Shown: in pieces, positions 58,828-64,000 of the stretch
How positions within the stretch are numbered: the stretch's first letter is position 1
Layout of the letters: every line of letters starts with the position of its first letter
Origin: an uncultured Fibrobacteria bacterium
GTDB lineage: Bacteria; Fibrobacterota; Fibrobacteria; UBA11236
Direction of reading: 5' to 3'
Length of the DNA stretch: 64,000 bases
NCBI GenBank assembly: GCA_963716395.1
Contig: OY970309.1
Span: 2,400,001 to 2,464,000 of the forward strand
Program-made: the position numbers and the translations under genes
Notes under the pieces: model-generated
The model's database searches: none
Told to the model about the DNA's origin: nothing
What the model saw: the letters and a program-made list of their open reading frames with translations, nothing else

Positions 58828-61173
58828 TCACGGCGTATTTTCGCCGGGCGCGAAGTCCCAGCGCACCGCGCCGGCGTGCGCTGTGACCTGCACTTCGGCA
58901 CCGAGACTTCGTAACAGCGCCAGGGTTTGGCGACCCGGAAAGCCGGGACGATGACCGGCGGAAATGACGGCTTGCGGAGGCGCTTCGGCGCGTAAAAAAC
59001 AAGGCAAGGTGGTGCGGTCGCTGCCGTGATGCGGCGCCTTGAGCCAGGCGTGCCGCCATAGCGGCCAGGTCGAGGCCAGGGCTTTCTGCCCCGGCCCTTC
59101 GATGTCGCCTGTAAACAGGGCGCGTCGCTTCGGGGTCGCGAGCAGGCATACCACCGAGCGGTTGTTGTCCGAGGCCGAGTCGAGCGAGGAATCCGGACCG
59201 AGCACCGACAGCGACACCGCGCCGCGCCGGTACAGCCAGTCGCCGGCCGCAACCGGCCGCCAGGGTACGCCGCGGCGGCGCGCTTGGGCCTGCAGGCTCC
59301 GCCACGAAGGTTGCGCGTCGGGGGAGGTTTTAGGACTAAGAATAGTGGTGATGGGAAACGACCCCACCAGGGCGAACGCGCCGCCGAAATGATCGCAGTC
59401 GGGATGGGTGAGCACCAGGCCGTCGAGGCGCTGGATGCCGCGGCTGCGCAGATAGGAAAGCAAGGTGCGCTGCGCCGTGCGTTGCGAAGGCCCGGCGTCG
59501 ATGACATACACCGCGCCGGGCAATTCCACCACGGCGCCGTCGCCCTGGCCCACGTCGAGAAAGGTGCTGCGCACGGGTTCGCCCGCCAGCCGCCGCGTCA
59601 CGGCCGGCCGGAAAAATTCTGCGACCGCGAGCACCGCCAACCCCAGCAGCGCCAAGCGCCCGGCCCGCGCGCGCCAGGCGGCCGTGATGGCGAAGATGGC
59701 GGCGGCGAAAATCCACAGCCAGACGGCCGGCGGATCGGCGGCCGAGCGCAAGGCGCCGGGCAGGCGCGCCAACGCATGCACGCCGCCGTCGAGCAGGGCC
59801 GAAGCTAGGGCCGCGCAGGCGCCGGCCGCATGCGCCAGCGGCGGAAAGGGAGTGAACACCCAGGTGCACAATCCGGCCAGCAGCATGGCGGCCGCCAGCG
59901 GCGTGACGAGGAGATTGCCGAGCACGCTCCAGGGCGCGAAGGCATGCACCGAGGCCGCCAACAGGGGATAGGTGTACAGGTTCACCATCACACTGAGGAG
60001 AACCACCCCCAGCGCACCGCGTAGAAGGCGCGGGCGCAGGCAACGGGCGGCCAGGTCGCGCGCTCCGCCGGCGCAGAGCACCAGACTCAAGGTGGCGGCG
60101 TAGGAAAGCTGAAAGCCGAGGTTGAGGATGAGGGTGGGGTGGAGCAGCAACTCCCCGGTTACGCATAGTGCCAGCGCATTGAGGGCCGAGGCCGGGCGCT
60201 CGCGCCAGAGCGCCGGCAAGAGCAGGGCGAGCATCCATCCGGCGCGCACCACGCTGGGCGGGGCGCCCACCACGGGAATGTAGACGGCCACGGCCGCGGC
60301 GGCCAAGGTGAAGGCGGTCTTGCGCGGCAGCCGCAGCCATAAGGCGCCGAAGAGCAGAAACGCGGCCAGCAGGGCGATGTGCTCGCCGCTGATGGCGAGG
60401 ATGTGCTGCATGCCGCTGCGCAGAAAGGCCTGCCGGGTTTCTTCGGGAATCCGCTGCCGTTCATTCAGCAAGGTGCCTTCCAGCAAAGGCCGCTCCGGGG
60501 CCGGTACATTTTGCTGCAGGCTTCGCTCCAGGCGGGTGCGCAAGCCGGCCAGGACCCGCATCCACCGCGGCGGCGGCCGGATTTCTTTCCAGGTCTCGCC
60601 GGAGAGAAACGAGATTTCCCCCTGCGATCGCAAGGAGCGGCGCGCATCGCTTTGTCCCGGATTGTCCGGCGCAGCCGGAGGCTGCTCGCGTGCGAGCAAA
60701 AGGCCCGTGGCGCCCCAGCGGGGCCAAGGCGCGTCGGCCGGCAGCGAGGCCAGGAAACAGCCCCGGTCGGTGCGGAAGGGGAAGGTAACACGGGAGTAAC
60801 CTGGCGCGGGAAAATTGCCCACGGTGCCGACGTAATAACGGAAGTTTCCGGCCCGGCGCGGCGGAACGTGGAATAAAAACCCCGATCCCAAGGCGCGAAA
60901 GTTCCCGGCGAACCACAGCGCGCACAGGGGATAGGCGAGCAGAAGCGCAGCGCGCGCGACGCGTTTTTTGGGAAGGCACAGAAAGGCGTGCAGGGCGAAC
61001 CCCGCGGCGCCGGAGATCGGCGACACGAACACGGTGAGCGCCGCCCAGAACACGGGCGCGCACAGGGTCAAGCCCGCATGCAGGTCCGCGCCGCGGCGGC
61101 AGGCCGCGAGGCCGCGAAACGCGGCGGGGCCGGGGGCGGCAAGGCGCATGACGAAAAGCATAGGCGGGTACAA
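58828..61173 (-). CDS. comEC: ComEC/Rec2 DNA uptake protein
   Basis: HILAISGEH, PSVVRA, GFQLSY, FLDVGQGD, THPDCDH, APHHGS; start uncertain. Confidence 0.92.
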   Translation of the reverse strand: MYPPMLFVMRLAAPGPAAFRGLAACRRGADLHAGLTLCAPVFWAALTVFVSPISGAAGFALHAFLCLPKKRVARAALLLAYPLCALWFAGNFRALGSGFLFHVPPRRAGNFRYYVGTVGNFPAPGYSRVTFPFRTDRGCFLASLPADAPWPRWGATGLLLAREQPPAAPDNPGQSDARRSLRSQGEISFLSGETWKEIRPPPRWMRVLAGLRTRLERSLQQNVPAPERPLLEGTLLNERQRIPEETRQAFLRSGMQHILAISGEHIALLAAFLLFGALWLRLPRKTAFTLAAAAVAVYIPVVGAPPSVVRAGWMLALLLPALWRERPASALNALALCVTGELLLHPTLILNLGFQLSYAATLSLVLCAGGARDLAARCLRPRLLRGALGVVLLSVMVNLYTYPLLAASVHAFAPWSVLGNLLVTPLAAAMLLAGLCTWVFTPFPPLAHAAGACAALASALLDGGVHALARLPGALRSAADPPAVWLWIFAAAIFAITAAWRARAGRLALLGLAVLAVAEFFRPAVTRRLAGEPVRSTFLDVGQGDGAVVELPGAVYVIDAGPSQRTAQRTLLSYLRSRGIQRLDGLVLTHPDCDHFGGAFALVGSFPITTILSPKTSPDAQPSWRSLQAQARRRGVPWRPVAAGDWLYRRGAVSLSVLGPDSSLDSASDNNRSVVCLLATPKRRALFTGDIEGPGQKALASTWPLWRHAWLKAPHHGSDRTTLPCFLRAEAPPQAVISAGHRPGFPGRQTLALLRSLGAEVQVTAHAGAVRWDFAPGENTP

Positions 61174-61299
61174 GGCGTGCGAGCGTGACTCTCGTCACAT
61201 CGGACCGCGGCCTGGGTCGCGTCCGCCTCGAGTCCCCGCAGCTTACAGCGGGGGCATCATTTCCGCGTTACCCGGGTCCGGCAGAATCGCCCCCAAAGA

Positions 61300-61328
61300 A
61301 AAAGCGGGCCCGCGCGGGGCCCGCTTTT
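61300..61328. terminator. Intrinsic terminator downstream of the HU gene (bidirectional shape)
   Basis: aaaagcgggccc-gcgcg-gggcccgctttt. Confidence 0.8.
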
Positions 61329-61345
61329 CATGCAAGATCCGAAGA

Positions 61346-61639
61346 CTATTTCTTTTTGCCGGCAATGGCTTCTTTGGCGGCCTTGGCCACGCGGAATTTC
61401 ACCACGCGCTTGGCGGGAATCTTGATCGATTCACCGGTCGCGGGATTGCGTCCCATGCGCGCCTTGCGATTCACCAGCACCAGTTTGCCGAGACCCGGAA
61501 GGGTGAAACCGTTCTTGGCATTCTTGTACGCCAGTTTCGATTGCGCTTCCATGAAGCCGCGCACCTGCACCTTGGTGAGGCCGGTGGCATCGGCCAATTG
61601 GCTGATGATTTCGCTTTGGGTGAGACTTTTTTCTGCCAT
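61346..61639 (-). CDS. hup: HU family DNA-binding protein
   Basis: LPGLGKL...RKARMGRNPATGESIKIPAKRVVKFR. Confidence 0.95.
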   Translation of the reverse strand: MAEKSLTQSEIISQLADATGLTKVQVRGFMEAQSKLAYKNAKNGFTLPGLGKLVLVNRKARMGRNPATGESIKIPAKRVVKFRVAKAAKEAIAGKKK

Positions 61640-61873
61640 GCATGATCCTTTCGAGAGGGTGTTGGGAAAGGCGCAGCGGCCTTTCGAGGGAAATAATGTA
61701 AGTCCTGTGACATGCGGCGGCGAGATGTTTTCCGGTTTTGACCCTGAATTCACGGGGCCGGAGAGCGGTCGCCGTCTGCAACCCCCGGCCGGGTGGGGCC
61801 GGAACGCCGTCGGCTGCGGGCCAAAGGCGCCGCGCAATGCTACCATTCCGGCTCCGTCCCCGCGGCTGCGCGC

Positions 61874-62425
61874 ATGTCTTCCGCCTTTGGATCCGTCTTT
61901 TCGCCCCGCTGTAAAAGGGTTTTGGCCCTGTTGACGCCCGAGCCGCATTGGGAAGAGGAACTGTGCGCCGCGTTGGAATCGGCGTTCGGCCCCATCGATT
62001 TTCGCGGGGCGTTCTTGCCCTTCGCGGACACCGAGTATTATACCGAAGAGATGGGGGCCCCGTTGTATCGGGGCTGGGTATCTTTTCGCGGCCTGGCGGC
62101 GCCCGAGCACTTGGCGCAATGGAAAGAGCAAACGCGCGCCCTCGAAGCGCGCTGGACGCGCGACGGTAAACGCAGCCGCAATCTCGACATCGGGTATCTC
62201 GATCCCGACAAACTGGTGCTGGCGTCTTACAAACGCGGCCCGTTTAAACTGTATTTGGGAAACGCGGTGTGGGCCGACATGGTGATGGGATATGCGCGCG
62301 GATGTTACACATCGACACCGTGGGCTTTTGCCGACTTCCGCTCCGGTCAGTATAATAAGGTCTTGGGAGCCATCCGCGAAAAGTTGAAAGCGGAGATGAG
62401 GGTATGGAACCGCGAACACGTTTGA
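61874..62425 (+). CDS. DUF4416 family protein
   Basis: FGPID, TEYYTEEMG, RNLDIGYL...LVLASYK, PWAFADF. Confidence 0.8.
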   Translation: MSSAFGSVFSPRCKRVLALLTPEPHWEEELCAALESAFGPIDFRGAFLPFADTEYYTEEMGAPLYRGWVSFRGLAAPEHLAQWKEQTRALEARWTRDGKRSRNLDIGYLDPDKLVLASYKRGPFKLYLGNAVWADMVMGYARGCYTSTPWAFADFRSGQYNKVLGAIREKLKAEMRVWNREHV

Positions 62426-63618
62426 TTTTGACGGCGGTCGTCGCTGCCGCCGCGGTCTTTGCCTTGGCGGGATGCGGCACCATCGACATGTCCACCGGCG
62501 ACAATGGCGGCGGCGGGGGCGGCCCGGTGACGCGGCGCCTGTTCGTCAGCGATCCGGCGGCCAACGATTCGCTGCCGCCGGCCTTTGCCGGTCCGGGCGT
62601 GGGGTTCGTGCTGCAGCCGAACCAAAGCTATACCTTGCAGGTAAATACGACGACGGCGGGAGATCAACTGGCCTTTTCCAGCGTCGACGTGTACGGCAAC
62701 CTGCATCCCATCGCCACGCTGTCGTCGCAGCCCGACAGCAGCGGCGAGTATTTTCCCTTGCAATCCACCCTGACCACCGCGCAGTTCTTCGTGGGCCGTC
62801 TGGTGGCCGCCGGCGGCGTATCGGCGGCGCCGCGCATCGCGCATATCAGCCTGGCCAATGTGAATCCGGTGGAATCGCATAATCTCTCCGTGCATTTGTT
62901 CATGGTGGGCAGGTTTGCCAACCTGCCCGACACCGCTGCGGAAAACTCGTTCGCCCAGTCCTTTCTGTCGCAGCTCACGGCGATTTACGATTCGTTTTCG
63001 GTGACGCTGAAATCCTCCTATGAGCTCGTGCCCGACACCCAGGTCGCCATGCCCTTCGGCGACACCTTCGTCGATCTTCCCGGCCAGCGCATTCCGGGGG
63101 ACGCGCATCTGTACATGGTCAACAGCATCTACCAGTCGGGCGCGCCCATTTCGTCGGAGATTCTGGGATTCGCGCCGCGCGAAGTCGTCAACCTCGACCT
63201 CGACCCCGAAAGCCGGGTGTTGCTCAGCGAGACCGGCGGTACGGCCGCCGATCTGGCCACCACGGCCGCACATGAGCTCGGGCACTTTTTCGGCATGCGC
63301 CACCCCACGGCCACCAATCTCGACCTGGCGGCCGACGATGACCAGAGTAATCAGGACGACGGTATGGCTTCTACGCCGCTGTGCCGCGATATGGCCATGC
63401 CCAAGGCGGGCGCGGCGCCCGCGCCCAAATTGGTCGGCCCTTACGGAAAGCCGTATTGCCTGTTCGTGAAAGGCCTGCCTACCTCCTGCCCTTCGGATTG
63501 CGATATCAACAACCTGATGTTCGCCTTCGCCTGCCTGCCAGCGGCGCAGCAGCGTAACCTGACCACGGAGCAGCAGGTGTTCTTTCGCCGCAATATGGGC
63601 CTGATGCAAGGCCTGTAA
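62404..63618 (+). CDS. Lipoprotein with metzincin-type zinc metalloprotease motif
   Basis: Lipobox LAGC; HELGHFFGMRH (HExxHxxGxxH); Met-turn-like NNLMF. Confidence 0.8.
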   Translation: MEPRTRLILTAVVAAAAVFALAGCGTIDMSTGDNGGGGGGPVTRRLFVSDPAANDSLPPAFAGPGVGFVLQPNQSYTLQVNTTTAGDQLAFSSVDVYGNLHPIATLSSQPDSSGEYFPLQSTLTTAQFFVGRLVAAGGVSAAPRIAHISLANVNPVESHNLSVHLFMVGRFANLPDTAAENSFAQSFLSQLTAIYDSFSVTLKSSYELVPDTQVAMPFGDTFVDLPGQRIPGDAHLYMVNSIYQSGAPISSEILGFAPREVVNLDLDPESRVLLSETGGTAADLATTAAHELGHFFGMRHPTATNLDLAADDDQSNQDDGMASTPLCRDMAMPKAGAAPAPKLVGPYGKPYCLFVKGLPTSCPSDCDINNLMFAFACLPAAQQRNLTTEQQVFFRRNMGLMQGL

Positions 63619-63626
63619 CATAAACG

Positions 63627-64000
63627 CTACGACGCGTCGGCGTGACGGTCGAGCCAATCCTGCAGGATATAGCAGGCCGCCACGCGGTCGATTTCGGCTT
63701 TTTCGCGCGCCCAGCGGCGCGGCCCGCCGCCGGGGCGCCGGCGCGATCGCAGGCTGTCGGCGGCCAGCGCGCTGGTGAAGCTCTCGTCTTCGAGATGCAC
63801 GGGCAGGCCGAAGCGGGTCCGCAGTTGCGCGGCGAAGGCATCTACGGCCAGGGTTTTGCCGCCGGGTTTTTCCACGCCGTCGGTGCGCAGGGGATAGCCC
63901 AGTACCAGGGTGTCGACCTTGCGCTCGCGAATGATGGTGCTGAGGGCCGCGAGCACGTCGGGGTGGCGGCGCCGGTCCAGGGTGGTCAGCCCCGCAGCCA
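63627..64000 (-). CDS. ruvX: RuvX/YqgF resolvase-like protein, 5' end outside the window
   Basis: LVLGYPL, EDESFTS, IDRVAACYILQDWL. Confidence 0.9.
   Translation of the reverse strand, partial: AAGLTTLDRRRHPDVLAALSTIIRERKVDTLVLGYPLRTDGVEKPGGKTLAVDAFAAQLRTRFGLPVHLEDESFTSALAADSLRSRRRPGGGPRRWAREKAEIDRVAACYILQDWLDRHADAS

Overview
High-GC bacterial chromosomal segment. The gene content (MoxR/VWA/Bat operon, large FGE-sulfatase-domain lipoprotein, secreted glycoside hydrolase with a T9SS-like C-terminal tail) suggests an FCB-group organism, possibly Fibrobacterota; this is inference. About 1-26.7 kb and 49.8-64 kb are mostly housekeeping: Bat operon, recR, engB, mutY, rpmA/rplU, Ser/Thr kinase, PPIase, glpD, ndk, dinB, argA, comEC, HU and ruvX, plus a VapBC pair and a putative DUF6036-type toxin-antitoxin pair. 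About 26.9-49.7 kb is a visibly lower-GC mosaic accessory region with no integrase. It holds radical SAM-apt-mtnN, two ArsR-SRPBCC modules, katG, a GH78-like enzyme and a cargo-laden type I restriction-modification locus (half-hsdS, hsdM, rhuM, Abi and ORF6N-like fragments, hsdS, RAYT, hsdR, M48 peptidase). The best candidate for something new is the intact REP-associated tyrosine transposase between hsdS and hsdR, whose REP-like palindrome is translated inside the RAYT gene and, as a degenerate copy, in the HsdR N-terminus. Other notable signals are a 36-bp palindrome at the left edge of the accessory region, an unlisted 54-aa zinc-ribbon ORF, a probable ATT start for glpD and recurrent leaderless-type promoters. 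No rRNA, tRNA or CRISPR array was seen. All family assignments come from motif recognition by eye; no searches were run.
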